NCBI GenBank assembly: GCA_963753625.1
Contig: CAVWCP010000001.1
Span: 284,714-348,713 of the forward strand
From: an uncultured Chloroflexia bacterium
Lineage (GTDB): Bacteria > Chloroflexota > Anaerolineae > Anaerolineales > Anaerolineaceae
Length of the DNA stretch: 64,000 nt
Reading direction: 5' to 3'
Shown: positions 40,341 through 51,709 of the stretch, piece after piece
Layout of the letters: the number at the start of each line of letters is the position of its first letter
Position numbering within the stretch: position 1 is the first letter of the stretch
Notes under the pieces: generated by a model
Told to the model about the DNA's origin: nothing
The model's input: only the letters and a program-made list of their open reading frames with translations
Database searches by the model: none
Translations under genes and position numbers: made by a program

Positions 40341-41309
40341 ATGAAAAAAATTGCTGTATTAACAAGCGGTGGAGATGCTCCCGGAATGAATGCGGCCATC
40401 CGTGCAGTGGTAGAACTGGAGTAGCCAAGGTTGGGAAGTATATGGGTGTAGGAATGGTTATGAAGGATTGATCAATGGCATATTCATCCCATTGGGTACA
40501 CGGGATGTTGGCGGGATCATCCAGCGCGGCGGCACGATCCTGGGCAGCGCCCGCAGCGAGGAATTTAAAACCGAAAAAGGACAAATCCAGGCCATCCGGT
40601 CATTGAATGAAGCAAGGTGTTGATGGACTGGTTGTCATCGGCGGGAATGGTTCCAAACAGGCTCATTATGCCTTGCATCAAACATGGATTTCCGGTGGTG
40701 GGTATGCTTCCACCATCGATAATGACCTATATGGCTCGGATATTACCATTGGTGTGGATACTGCGTTAAATATTGCACTGGAAGCCATTGACCGGCTAAA
40801 AATCACTGCTTCCTCCCATCAACGGGCATTTCTGATCGAGGTGATGGGGCGCAATTGTGGTTACCTGGCTTTGATGGCTGCCATCGCCGGCGGGGCAGAA
40901 AATGTGGTGTTTCCGGAATTCGAAACTGACCCGGAGGAGATTGCCAACGTGCTTTCCGATGCCTACGAAAAAGGGAAAGCGCACGCAATTATAGTGGTGG
41001 CGGAAGGGGCAAAATACAATGCCAATGCCTGGACGCATATTTTAAAGAACACCGGGAACGATTGGGATTTGACCTGAGGGTAACCATCCTGGGGCATACC
41101 CAACGCGGCGGAAACCCCGGCGCTTTCGACCGGATTCTTGCGAGCAGACTGGGTGCTGCAGCAATTGAGCAGTTAGCTACAGGAAATTATGGCGTGCTGG
41201 TGGGGCAATCAGAAAGGTGAGATCGTGACAACTCCCCTGGAAGAGGTGGCTGGAAAATCCAAAACCGCTTGACAGGAGATTGTTCGAACTTCAGAAGATT
41301 TTGGATTAA
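40341..41309 (+). pseudogene. pfkA: ATP-dependent 6-phosphofructokinase; about six frame changes
   Basis: AGGAGG precedes ATG 40341. [51 protein letters not shown] and ILGHTQRGG were read across frames. The stop is TAA 41307-41309. Confidence 0.85.
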
Positions 41310-41311
41310 AT

Positions 41312-41345
41312 AAAAAAGACCGCTTAAGGGCGGTCTTCTTTTTTC
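41312..41345. terminator. Bidirectional intrinsic terminator between pfkA and prfB
   Basis: aaaaaa-GACCGC-ttaag-GCGGTC-ttcttttttc. The reconstructed prfB stop lies inside the hairpin. Confidence 0.7.
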
Positions 41346-42419
41346 TGTTTCAAGTAAGCCTCGATAAAACCATCGAGGTCGCCATCCAACACAGCAGGCT
41401 GTTGCCAACCTCGTAATCGGTGCGGTGGTCTTTGACCATCTGGTAGGGATGCAGCACGTAAGACCGGATCTGGCTGCCCCATTCTGCTTTTTGGTATACA
41501 CCACGCAGGTCAGCCAGGTGCTTATCCTGGGCGACCTGTGCCAGGTCCAGCAGACGGGCTCGTAAGACCCGCATGGCATTTTCGCGGTTTTGCATCTGGG
41601 AGCGTTCATTCTGGCAGGAGACCACAAGTCCTGTTGGCAGGTGGGTGATGCGAACGGCGGTGGCGTTTTTTTGAACATTTTGACCGCCAGCGCCAGAAGA
41701 TTTGTAAACATCAATCCTCGACATCATCCGGGTTGATAGTCACCAGAGGATCTTCCTGGGCGGCTTCCGGCAGAACCTCAACCTGGGCGAATGAAGTGTG
41801 CCGGCGGTGGGCTGAATCATAAGGTGAAAGTCGCACCAGGCGATGGACGCCTTTTTCTGCGCGCAGATACCCATAAGCATAACTACCGGTGACCATGATG
41901 GATACTGTTTTGATGCCGGCTTCTTCGCCTTCGGTCTGATCAAGGATCTCTGTTTGGAAACCTCTGCGTTCACACCAGCGCAGGTACATGCGTTCAAGCA
42001 TGCCAGCCCAATCCTGGGCATCCGTTCCGCCTTCTCCGGTGTTGATGGTGAGTATGGCATTCCCGCGGTCGTATTTTCCGCCCAACAAGGTGGCGAGGGA
42101 GAGTTTATCGAGCTGCGTGGAAATGAGCAGGGATTCCCGCTCAATTTCCTCCTGGAGGGCAGGATCATTTAATTCGGAAAGCTCGATGGCATCCTTGATC
42201 TGTTGTTCCAGGGTTGTCCAGAGGGTGATCTCATCGCGCAATTCCGACATGCGCTTCATCAGGTTCTGAGCTTCACGCGGATCGTCCCAGAGGTTGGGTG
42301 CTTCACTTTTTTTCTGAAGTTCGTTAAGGCTGGTTTGTTTGTCCTTTAAGTCAAAGACGCTCCATGAGCGAATGCAAATTGGCCAGGTTTTCTCGAAGCG
42401 TGTTAGTGGTTTCTTCCAT
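41324..42419 (-). pseudogene. prfB: Peptide chain release factor 2, with a canonical programmed +1 frameshift plus two further frame changes
   Basis: MEETTNTLRENLANLHSLMERL runs to an in-frame TGA. In the +1 frame DLKDKQTSLNELQ.. leads into ORF 41711..42259 and ORF 41350..41727, which has the GGQ motif [24 protein letters not shown]. Extra breaks are near 41715 and 41395. Confidence 0.9.
42350..42356 (-). other. prfB: prfB programmed +1 ribosomal frameshift site CTT TGA C
   Basis: The minus strand reads ..ATG GAG CGT CTT TGA CTT.., that is CUU UGA C with an upstream SD-like GGAG. This is the classical autoregulatory RF2 recoding site. Confidence 0.85.
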
Positions 42420-42426
42420 TATCCCT

Positions 42427-43343
42427 CTACTCGGTAGTTAATAGAATGCTGTCGACAAATTTTTCCGGATCAAAGACCTGCAAATCCTCAGGTTTTTCAC
42501 CAAGACCCACATACAGGATGGGCAAATTCAGTTCACTTTGAATGGCAAAAGCCATTCCCCCGCGAGCGGAGGAATCCAGTTTTGTGAGGATGACTCCAGT
42601 TACCTGGACTGCTTCCTGGAAAGCCTTTGCCTGGTGAAGCGCGTTTTGTCCGGTAGTGGCATCCAACACGAGATAAACTGCATGAGGAGCCCCCGGGAGG
42701 GCTTTACCAACGACCCGGTGAACTTTTTTCAGTTCTTCCATCAGATTGTAGCGGGTGTGAAGGCGGCCGGCAGTATCAATAAGCACAATATCCAGATTGC
42801 GGGCAATGGCAGCCTGGACCGCATCGTATGCCACTGCACCAGGATCGCTATCCGGCTGCCCGGCGATCACAGGAAGATTGAGACGGTCTGCCCACACCTG
42901 CAATTGGTCAATGGCAGCCGCGCGGTAAGTATCAGCAGCAGCCAGAATAACTTTTTACCCTTGTCTGCAAAAATCTTCCCCAGTTTGGCCGCGGTGGTGG
43001 TTTTGCCAGATCCATTGACCCCAACCAGAAGAATGACTGCCGGTTGTTGGTTCTGAAAGTCAACAATTCCGGGGGTGATCAACCTGCTGAGGAGTTCACT
43101 TCTCAGTAAACCCTTGAATTCTCCGCTTTTGAAGATGCCTATTTCGAAGACTCGTTTTTTTAATGAATCAATGACCAGATTGGTGGTTAAAACACCAAGA
43201 TCAGATTGAATCAGTAATTCCTCAAGATCATCCCATGTGTGCTGGTTAATCTCAGAAGCGCCCACCATGGTCGCGATACGACCGAAGGTGGATTTACGCG
43301 TTCGTTCGAGGCTTTGCTTCCATTTTGAAAATATATCAGCCAT
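42427..43343 (-). pseudogene. ftsY: Signal recognition particle receptor FtsY; one frame change near 42950
   Basis: LLVGVNGSGKTTTAAKLG (G1) is in ORF 42867..43343. DTAGRLH and TKLD are in ORF 42427..42903. The break is beside the T5 run at 42952-42956. Confidence 0.9.
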
Positions 43344-43373
43344 AGGTCAAAAATTATATCATGTGCAATTAAT

Positions 43374-44424
43374 TTACTGGATGCTTGACGCCAACTGACC
43401 ACAACCAGCATTAATATCCAATCCACGCCGCAACCGGATGGTGCAGGGGATGCCATTTTTCACCAGGACAGCCTGGAAGGCAAGCGCACTTGCGTGTGTG
43501 GTGGATTTTCCAGTGAATTTCTTCGTTGGGTTTAGAGGAATGATATTGACATGGCAAAGGAGACCTTTAATGAGCCCGGCAAGCTCACGGGCATCCTCTT
43601 CAAAATCATTGACTTCCTGGATTAACGCCCATTCGAAGGTGATACGGCGGTGGGTGGTTTCGACATAGTATCGGCAGGCATCGATTAATTCCTTAATCGG
43701 ATACTTGCGGTTAACCGGGAGTAATGAAGCTCGTTGATCATCATTTGCCGCATGGAGACTGATTGCCAGGTTAACCTGGTTCTTTTCATCAGCAAAACGC
43801 CGGATCATGGGGACGATGCCCACCGTGGAAATTGTGAAGCGGCGGGCACCGAGATTAAACCCGAGCGGGTCATTCAAGCGGCGGATCGCTTCAAGCACGG
43901 CATCGTAATTGTGGAATGGTTCCCCCATCCCCATGACAACGATATTGGTCACGACCTGTCCGATGGAAGCGAGTTCCCGCGCAAAGAAAAGGACTTGTTC
44001 CACGATTTCTCCGCTGGATAAATTCCGCCCGAAACCCATTTGACCTGTGGCACAAAAAACACAACCCATGGCGCAGCCAGATTGTGAGGAAATGCACAGT
44101 GTGTTGCGGTCATCGTAACGCATGAGGACGGACTCGAGTGTTTTCCCATCCGGCAAACGGAAGAGTGTTTTTGTGGTCGTACCGTCTTTTGAAGAAAGGC
44201 GGGTTACGAGGTCAAGATGTGAGAATGAGAGGACTGCAGCCAAGCGGGTTCGTAAAGTTTTCGAAAGCGTGGAAATCTGTTCGGGATTATGCAACCAAAT
44301 TTACATAAAGGGCCTTCCAAATTTGGTCAGCGCGAAAAGAAGGTTCTCCAGCGGATGCGATTATCTCCCGAAGTTCCTCGGGGCTCAGATCAAAAACAAA
44401 ATCCTGCATCGAAATGTCACTCAT
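43374..44424 (-). pseudogene. rlmN: 23S rRNA/tRNA (adenine-C2)-methyltransferase RlmN (radical SAM); one frame change near 44295
   Basis: The N-terminus MSDISMQDFVFDLSPEELREIIASAGEPSFRADQIWKALY was read by hand from ATG 44424. ORF 43374..44294 has CISSQSGCAMGCVFCATGQ and MGMGEP. Confidence 0.9.
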
Positions 44425-45206
44425 CTGACTAAATCAGCCAGTTCCGGAAGGATAAGATCGATTTTTGGCTGCCATTGTTCAGCCTCTGAGGCTGTGGCAA
44501 CTCCGGATAAGACTAACGCCGTTTTACAACAGACGGTCTGTCCACCAAGGATGTCTGTTTCCAAGCCGATCGCCGACAACCAGCGTGTGTTCTGGTGCAG
44601 TTTTCAAGCCTTTCAAGGGCAAATTCAAAAAGTGCCGGTGAAGGTTTGCCCGCGATTATGGCTTTAACGTCAGTGGCTGCTTCAAGGGCTGCGAGAATCG
44701 AACCAGCGCCGGGGATCAAGCCTTCGGGGGTTGGGTAGGTCCTGTCTGGATTGGTGAAGTAGAAAGGGGCACCCGCGCGGATCAGCAAGGTGGCGCGTTT
44801 GAGTTTCATGAAGTCAATGGCTCGATCCATCCCGCCGATGACAGCCAACACATTCTGCTTCTGAATGGTAGAAACCAGCGTCATTGAGTGCAGAAGATAA
44901 ACCAACTTCACCTATTATATAAACAGGACCGCCACCTGGGAAGCGTTTCTTGAGCAAATGGGCAACCGCCATGGCTGAATTGATGATCTGCTCTTTTTTT
45001 ACATCCACGCCAAATGAGGAAATCTTTTGGATGTACTGCTCAGGCGTGCGCGTGCCGTTATTGGTAGCAAGAATGACCTGCAATCCCAATTCTGAAAAGC
45101 GATCGAAAATCCAGGGAAGGTCACCGATGGCAGCATTTTCCCGCCAGAGGACGCCATCCATATCCAGGATCAGCGATTTAATTTCACCCAATTGGTTAAT
45201 GAACAT
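44421..45206 (-). pseudogene. HAD-IIA family hydrolase (NagD-like); frame changes
   Basis: [10 protein letters not shown] and ATNNGTR are in ORF 44814..45206, GKPSPALFEFAL is in ORF 44513..44911, and VVGDRLETDILGG was read by hand. The stop overlaps the rlmN start (ATGA). Confidence 0.75.
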
Positions 45207-45216
45207 GTTCCCTCAT

Positions 45217-45249
45217 AAAAACAGACCGGATGATTTTTCACCCGGTCTG
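45217..45249 (-). terminator. Intrinsic terminator after clpP
   Basis: On the minus strand: CAGACCGG-12 nt-CCGGTCTG-ttttt. Confidence 0.6.
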
Positions 45250-45255
45250 TGATGG

Positions 45256-45872
45256 TTACTTGGACTCGTGTGTCGGGTGGAATCAAAACCTGGTCAACCA
45301 GCCCATAGGCTACAGCTGCCTGGGCATCCATGTAGAAGTTGCGGTCGGTATCACGCGCGATCGCGTCCAGAGGCTGCCCGGTACTCTCAGACAGAATACC
45401 TGCCAACCTGGCTTTGAGGCGCAGAATCTCGCGCGCCTGGATCTCGATATCAGAAGCCTGACCTTCAGCGCCGCCAAGAGGCTGGTGCATGTGGATGGTG
45501 GCATGAGGCAGGGCATAACGTTTTCCTTTGGTTCCTGCAGCCAACAAGACAGTACCAAAGGAGGCAGTGACACCAACGGCAACGGTGCTGATCTTGTTGG
45601 GGATCATTTTCATGGTGTCATAAATCGCCAAACCAGCATAGATCTGACCGCCGGGAGAGTTGATATACATTTGAATATCAGTATCAGGGTCTTCGCGACT
45701 GAGAACAAGCAATTGGGCGACAATCGCGTTGGCTACCTGGTCATCAATTGGAGTACCAACAAAGATGATGCGCTCGCGGAATAGCAAGCGAGTAGATATC
45801 ATAAGCACGTTCACCGCGGCCGGAAGATTCAACGACCATGGGCATAACTGATTTAAAATTGGGAATTTCCAT
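45256..45872 (-). pseudogene. clpP: ATP-dependent Clp protease proteolytic subunit; frame changes near both ends
   Basis: [45 protein letters not shown] (Ser) and HMHQPLGG (His). The start is ATG 45872 or 45845. The stop was chosen as TAA 45256-45258, which lies ahead of the terminator. Confidence 0.85.
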
Positions 45873-46042
45873 TTTGTCTCCTATTATTGATAAAAGGATA
45901 TTACTTGTCCCCGGTTTTGACAACCTTTTTGGCGGGTTTCTTGACCGTTTTTGGCATGTTTCACTTCTGCTTCGGCAACAACTCTGCGTCTGCTTTTTTA
46001 CTTTTGGCAGTCTTGGTGGTTGATTTGATTTCTTTTCTTCCA

Positions 46043-47402
46043 CTATGGTTCCGTGATTTTTTCTTCAGCCTTACCGGTGGCGATATCTTTAAGTCGATTG
46101 AGTACCTGGCGATTCAAAACCCGTGAGGCGGCTTCCATGGCAACAGCATTGGCTACCCGCTCATTGCTAAGTTGTTTTTCGAGCTTCTTCAGGTCAGTAG
46201 TCTGCTGCATTTCACTGATCATTTGAGTGTATTCCTGCTGAAGATCTGCGTTCTTGATCTCAACCTTTTCTTCCTTGGCCAATTTATCCAGAACAAGAGA
46301 GCGTTCGAGACGTTTCTTCGCAGCAGGTTTGATATCTTCTTCCAACCAGGCGGTTTTTTCCTTCTTTATGGTCTTCAGGTAGGTATCCAGTTCCATGCGC
46401 TGTTGAGCCAGGTCTTCCTTGACATGTTCTTCAACATGTTCCATTTCGTGTTCAAGCACCTGCGGCGGATATTTGATGGTGGCTTTTTTGATCAACATTT
46501 CGATCAATTCATCGAAATAGGTTTGTTCATATTCCGCTTTGGTGCGGTTTTCCAGCTGTCTGTACGATGGATTCCCGCAGTTTTTCGGCATTTTCAAATT
46601 CACCAACTGTTTGGGCGAAAGCATCGTTGAATTCAGGAAGTGTGAGAGATTTGACATTTTCGACCTTCACATGGAACTCGATCTCCTTGCCGCGCAGTTT
46701 ATCGTAATTAGAGTCATCGGGATAAGTGTATTTAATATTTCTTCTCGCCGTTTTCCTTGAGACCCTTAAGATTGTCGCCAAAACCGGGATAGGGAAAGTC
46801 AACCACTTCGGGATCATTTTCACCAATAACCACCTGTAAAGGAGATTCCTTGAGGACTTCAGCCTTGTCATCTCCGGTTGGATTCACCGGGTTGCATCAA
46901 GCTTGACGTAAACGAGATCTCCATCTTTTGCGGCGCGGTCAACTGGTTCTGCAGTGGCATAACTTTTCTTCAAGCGATCGATAAACTGGTCGATTTCTTT
47001 TGCGGCAACCGGTTTTAACGGTGTATTTCTTTTTCAATGATTTGTAATCGCCGAGGTCAACTTCAGGTTCCAGGGGGATAACAAAGGTGAATTTGAGGGG
47101 ATCGCCTTTATCGATATTTTCAAGGGTGCCCGGAGCGGCTGGATTCGATTTTGGCTTCATCGAGGATCTTGGGATACTGATCTTCAACCATGAGCTCAAT
47201 GGCTTCTTCTTCAATCGTCGGTTCACCGTAGATGCGGACGATGACATCATAAGGGGCTTTTCCAGGACGGAAACCCGGTATTTTTCCTTTGGATGCAATC
47301 TTGCGGGCAGCCTGGTGTTTGTATTTTTCAAAATCAGTTGACTTCAAATTCTGCGATGACTTTCATTTGATGGTCATCTTGTGGTTGTGTTTCGATTTTC
47401 AA
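46043..47402 (-). pseudogene. tig: Trigger factor; several frame changes; C-terminal end uncertain
   Basis: The TTG start at 47402 follows AAAGGTGA (MKIETQPQDDHQMKVIAEFEV). IPGFRPGKAPYDVIVRIYGE is the ribosome-binding motif. The C-domain is in ORF 46043..46657. A Lys-rich tail may continue to about 45901 in other frames. Confidence 0.8.
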
Positions 47403-47439
47403 TGGATTCACCTTTCTATTATCTTTCCAAAGTATGTAC

Positions 47440-47524
47440 TGGTGGGGAAAGAGGGACTTGAACCCTCACGCCTCGCGGCACATGATCCTAAGTCATGCCT
47501 GTCTGCCAATTCCAGCATTTCCCC
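47440..47524 (-). tRNA. tRNA-Leu (anticodon TAG), CCA encoded
   Basis: The reverse complement is GGGGAAATGCTGGAATTGGCAGACAGGCATGACTTAGGATCATG..GGGTTCAAGTCCCTCTTTCCCCACCA. It has acceptor GGGGAAA/TTTCCCC, anticodon loop CT-TAG-GA and a long variable arm. Confidence 0.9.
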
Positions 47525-47632
47525 AACGATTGTGATTATAAGCGACAGGCGAACAATACCGTCAATAATCGAATATAATCGCATAGGTTTCAGTTAAATT
47601 CGAATACAACCCAAGGACAGCGGAGGTGCATT

Positions 47633-48040
47633 TTTGAGCAAGGTTTACAACCCGGATTCTGCCGGAAAAGACAGGACACGATTATCCAAAAGCATCGTAA
47701 TGGCTCTGCGAGAATTGATGAAACAGCCTGAGCCAAATGACCAAAGCAGAGACATGACAGCTTATGTCGTGTCTGGCATTGGAAGAAATTAACAGCAACA
47801 TTGATAAAAGTGTGGAAGCCTGGGAAAAGAGAGGTTACTGGGTGAAAGCTGACAAATTCCGCCTGGATTGGGAATGGAGCGGAAAGTTATGCCAGTGATC
47901 TGCGCAACGCGTTGTTCGCTGAAGATTGGGGCGGCGGTGGCAATGACTGCGGTTCAAGATTGGACAAAAGTTCAATAAAGTTACCATTGCCGAACGTCAC
48001 CGACTGGGGACACCCTGGGTTGGGGCTTACAAACAATTAA
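47633..48040 (+). pseudogene. Hypothetical protein; frame changes; low confidence
   Basis: GGAGGTG precedes TTG 47633. LSKVYNPDSAGKDRTRLSKSIVMALRELMKQ.. and ..ALEEINSNIDKSVEAWEKRGYWVKADKFRLDWEWSGK.. lie in different frames. Confidence 0.3.
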
Positions 48041-48042
48041 AG

Positions 48043-48082
48043 AAAAAAGCAACCGCTTCAATAAGAAGCGGTTGCTTTTTTT
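48043..48082. terminator. Bidirectional intrinsic terminator
   Basis: aaaaaa-GCAACCGCTTC-aataa-GAAGCGGTTGC-ttttttt. Confidence 0.8.
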
Positions 48083-48091
48083 ATAACAGGA

Positions 48092-50208
48092 TTATTTTTT
48101 CTTCAGGATGATGCGGGCATCAGCTACCTTTAACCCCATCCCTTCTTCGTAGACCAGGACAGGATTGGCATCTGATTCCTTGATCTCATCCTCCAGATCA
48201 TTAATCATGATTGGAATAGCTGACAATTGTTTTAGCCAAAGCTTTTTTGTCACGGGGTTTTTCACCACGAACCCCAGAAAGAATGGCTGCACTGCTGAAT
48301 CTCACCGATCATTTCTTCAGCTTCACCTTGCTGAGAATGGTGTGACACGGAAAGTAACATCCTTGAGGACTTCAACAAAGATACCTCCGAGACCAAACAT
48401 GACCGTGGGACCAAATGAAGGATCATTGACTGAGCCCAGGATGGTTTCTGTACCCCAGGGCGCCATTTCCTGAACGGCTACACCGTGGATATTTGCATCA
48501 GCCTTGTAATTCTTTGCATTCTTCAGAATGGTCTGGTAAGCATCACGGATACCAGCTTCATCCTTGATGTTCACTTTGACACCGCCAGCATCTGATTTGT
48601 GCAGAATATCAGGGCTGACAATCTTGAGGACAAGCGGGAAACCGATTTTCTTGCCAAGGGCAATGGCTTCTTCTTCGGTTTTTGCCAGACCAATCGCAGT
48701 GGTTGGCATACCATAAGCTTTAAAGACCTCTTTGGCTTCGATTTCTGTCAGCGAATCGCGTTTGTCAGCTCTGGCCTTGCAATAATTTCCAGAGCCATCT
48801 TTTTGGCTTTTTCATCCGATTTTATGAGGAGCGTTATTCTTGTATTCCTGCAGGCGGGCATATTCGCGCAAGGATGCCATGGCGTTCACTGCAATATCAG
48901 GTGCGCCATATGCGGGGATGCCATTTTCGACAAGCCAACCCATGGCTTTGTCAGATTTTTCACCACCAACAAAGGATACAGTGATGGGTTTGCCCTTGAC
49001 ACCGGATTCATCAATGGCTTTCTTGATGCTTTCAGCGATCTGCTGTGGATTGGTCATGGCGGTTTCGCAGTACAGAACAACAAGACCATCGGTCCATTTG
49101 TGCGCATAGGAGAATTTGGTGGTTTGATAATACCAATCGTTGCCCGCCATACCGGTCATATCCACAGGATTTTTGGCGGAGCCAAAGTCCGGCATGTGTT
49201 TCTTAAGTTCTTCCTGAACATCAGCAGGAGCAAATTTTAGAGGGAATGCCGATATTTTTCGGCAGCATCAGTGGCTAATACCCCAACGCCACCGCCATTG
49301 GTAAGGATCAATAAATTTTCACCCTTCATGGGAGGCTGTTGTGATAAAGCAAGGGTTCGATTGAAGAGATCATTCAGGTCCATAGCCTGGATAACGCCGG
49401 CTTGTTTGAATGCAGAGGTGTAAACCTTGGCTGCTCCAGCAAGTGAACCAGTGTGAGAGGCGGCAGCAGCGGCACCATGCGCAGAGACACCTGATTTTAA
49501 GGCAACGATGGGTTTACTGGATTTACTGGCAGCATCAATGAATTTGCGGCCGTTCTTCATTCCCTCGATATAAAGGGAAATGCAGGTTGTATCCTTGTCA
49601 TCTTCAAACCAATCGATCAAGTCGGCGAAATCAATATCCGACATGTTACCGATTGAGATCAATTTATCAAAGCCAATACGCTTGGTGTAGGTAGCCATAT
49701 CGATGGCAATGAGCAGGGCACCAGATTGGGTTACCAGGGAGGCTTTGCCGGGGAAAGGCAAGCAAGGAGCAAATGAGCCATTGAATTTATCCGAGTTGGA
49801 GAGAGTGCCAACGATGTTTGGACCAAGAACGCGCATTTTATAGCGTGTAGCGATCTCCATCATTTGATCATCAAGGTCATTGCGGCCAACTTCACTGAAG
49901 CCGGAGGTAATGACAATCATACCTTTGACACCTTTTTTGCCGCATTCCTCGGTGACTTCATTCATATATTTTGCCGGTACAGTGATAATGGCGGAGTCCA
50001 CTTCACCTGGAACATCAGTTACGTTGGGATAGGCTTTCAAGCCGAGGATTTCAGGGGTATTGTTGTTGATCGGATAAATCTTGCCTTCATACCCACCGTC
50101 AAGCAGGTTCTTAATTACAGTGTAGCCGATCTTGCCGGGAGTGGCAGAAGCGCCGATCACTGCTACGGATTTTGGCCGCAGCATTTTGTTCAAGACGTTA
50201 TTATCCAC
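48092..50208 (-). pseudogene. ADP-forming acetyl-CoA synthetase (acetate--CoA ligase, fused alpha/beta); several frame changes
   Basis: ORF 49237..50208 has the CoA-binding KSVAVIGASATPGKIGYTVIKNL and SHTGSLAG. ORF 48812..49195 is the middle piece. ORF 48323..48709 has the ATP-grasp GFPLVLKIVSPDILHKSDAGGVKVNI. ORF 48092..48292 is the tail. Confidence 0.8.
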
Positions 50209-50370
50209 AAGTTCCTCCTAAGAATTTTATGATTGCTGTATGATAGATAAAGTAATAAAGGATTACCAATGTATAAGAGAATTAGGACACAGTTTCATTT
50301 TATACATTTTTCTGTAAACAAATGTACTTAACTTGGATAATCATTCATCCTATCTTCAATTGGAGTTCTG

Positions 50371-51709
50371 ATGCGTGTAAATCTACCGGTATTCAAACTC
50401 AAGTATACCAATAAAAAAAATCGAACTGGTCCTGGAGGCAGCGCTTGATGCAGCTGACCCTTACAGGCTGGTAAAAAATAATTTGAAATTATTGCACGAC
50501 AGTATTGATGTCGGAGAAAAGGAGTTCCCGGTCTTAAATTCAAGCAGGATTATTCTGTTGGGCTTGGGAAAAGCCTCCCCGCAAATGATAAGCGCAGGCA
50601 TGGAAGTGCTGACGACGAGGGTACGCGAGAGCGTGTGTGTATGCAAACACTTTCCGACTGACCTGGAAGGTTTTGAATCTGTGAAAATGATAGAAGCGGG
50701 GCATCCGATCCCGGATGAACGCAGCGTGATGGCTGCGACAACATTTCAAAAGACACTTGAAGGGCTCAGGCAAGAGGACCTGGTCATCCTGTTCTTATCT
50801 GGCGGCGGATCAGCTCTGGCATGCCTGCCAGCTCCAGGAGTAAGTTTTGAGGATCTGCAAGCGGTTACCAGGATGCTGCTCAAAAATGGCGCGACGATTA
50901 ACGAGATGAATACCGTGCGGAAACACCTTGATCTAATCAAGGGCGGAGGATTGCTGAGAATGGCTTCGCCGGCGAGAATGGCAGTATTGGTCCTGTCGGA
51001 TGTTGTCGGGAGCCCATTGGATACGATTGCATCAGGGCCGGCTGTGATGGATACAAGTTCATATGAAGAAGCTTTACGAATCCTGGAAATGTATTCGGGA
51101 GGTGAAGAAGTTGCTGAAGCCATTACACGCCACCTCAAAACGGGGATTGAGTCCGAGCGGCTGACGAGGGAATTGGAAAAACCGAGGAGCAGGCTGCATA
51201 CCATAAGGTGATTGGCAGCAGCGATGTCTCTGTTAATGCCGCAGTGGAAAAAGCAAGAGAATTGGGATTTACCGCAGAAGTGGTCACTTATTCTTTAACA
51301 GGAGAGGCTCATCTCGCTGGGGGAAAACTATTAGATGCATTGGAGCGATCCTCCCTAAAGAAACCGACAATATTGATCGCCGGGGGAGAAACAACTGTGC
51401 AGGTGAGGGGAAAAGGACTGGGGGGACGAAACCTGGAGGTTGCCCTGGGAGCGGTTAAAAGAATATCAAACCTGGGGAGAACTGCCTTGGTGACACTGGC
51501 AACAGACGGGGAGGACGGTCCAACTGATGCAGCCGGGGCGATCGTCATCTCCGGAGACCTATACCCTGGCAGGAGCAGATGACAACTATTTGCAACACTG
51601 CCTGGAGACTAATGATTCCTACCGCTATTTTGAGAAAACCGGCTGCTTGATCAAAACAGGTCCAACCGGGACAAATGTAAATGACATTACCTTTGCGATC
51701 AGTTATTGA
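50371..51709 (+). pseudogene. Glycerate 2-kinase / hydroxypyruvate reductase-like protein (DUF4147 + MOFRL); frame changes
   Basis: LLGLGKASPQM, LSGGGSAL and NTVRKHLDLIKGGGL are in ORF 50483... IAGGETTVQVRGKGLGGRN and TDGEDGPTDAAGA are in ORF 51208... PTGTNVNDI is in ORF 51527... The first break is in the A8 run at 50413-50420. Confidence 0.8.

Noticed and set aside
45744-46043. 99-aa ORF as an independent Lys/Arg-rich protein
   Set aside because: It is a chimera of the out-of-frame tail region of tig, the intergenic spacer, and the true N-terminus of clpP ([28 protein letters not shown]).
45873-46043. Separate small gene between tig and clpP
   Set aside because: Coding-like Lys-rich strings appear in all three minus-strand frames (..KSTTKTAKSKKADAE.., ..PKTVKKPAKKVVKTGDK). 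This is most simply a frameshifted C-terminal tail of trigger factor, ending near 45901.
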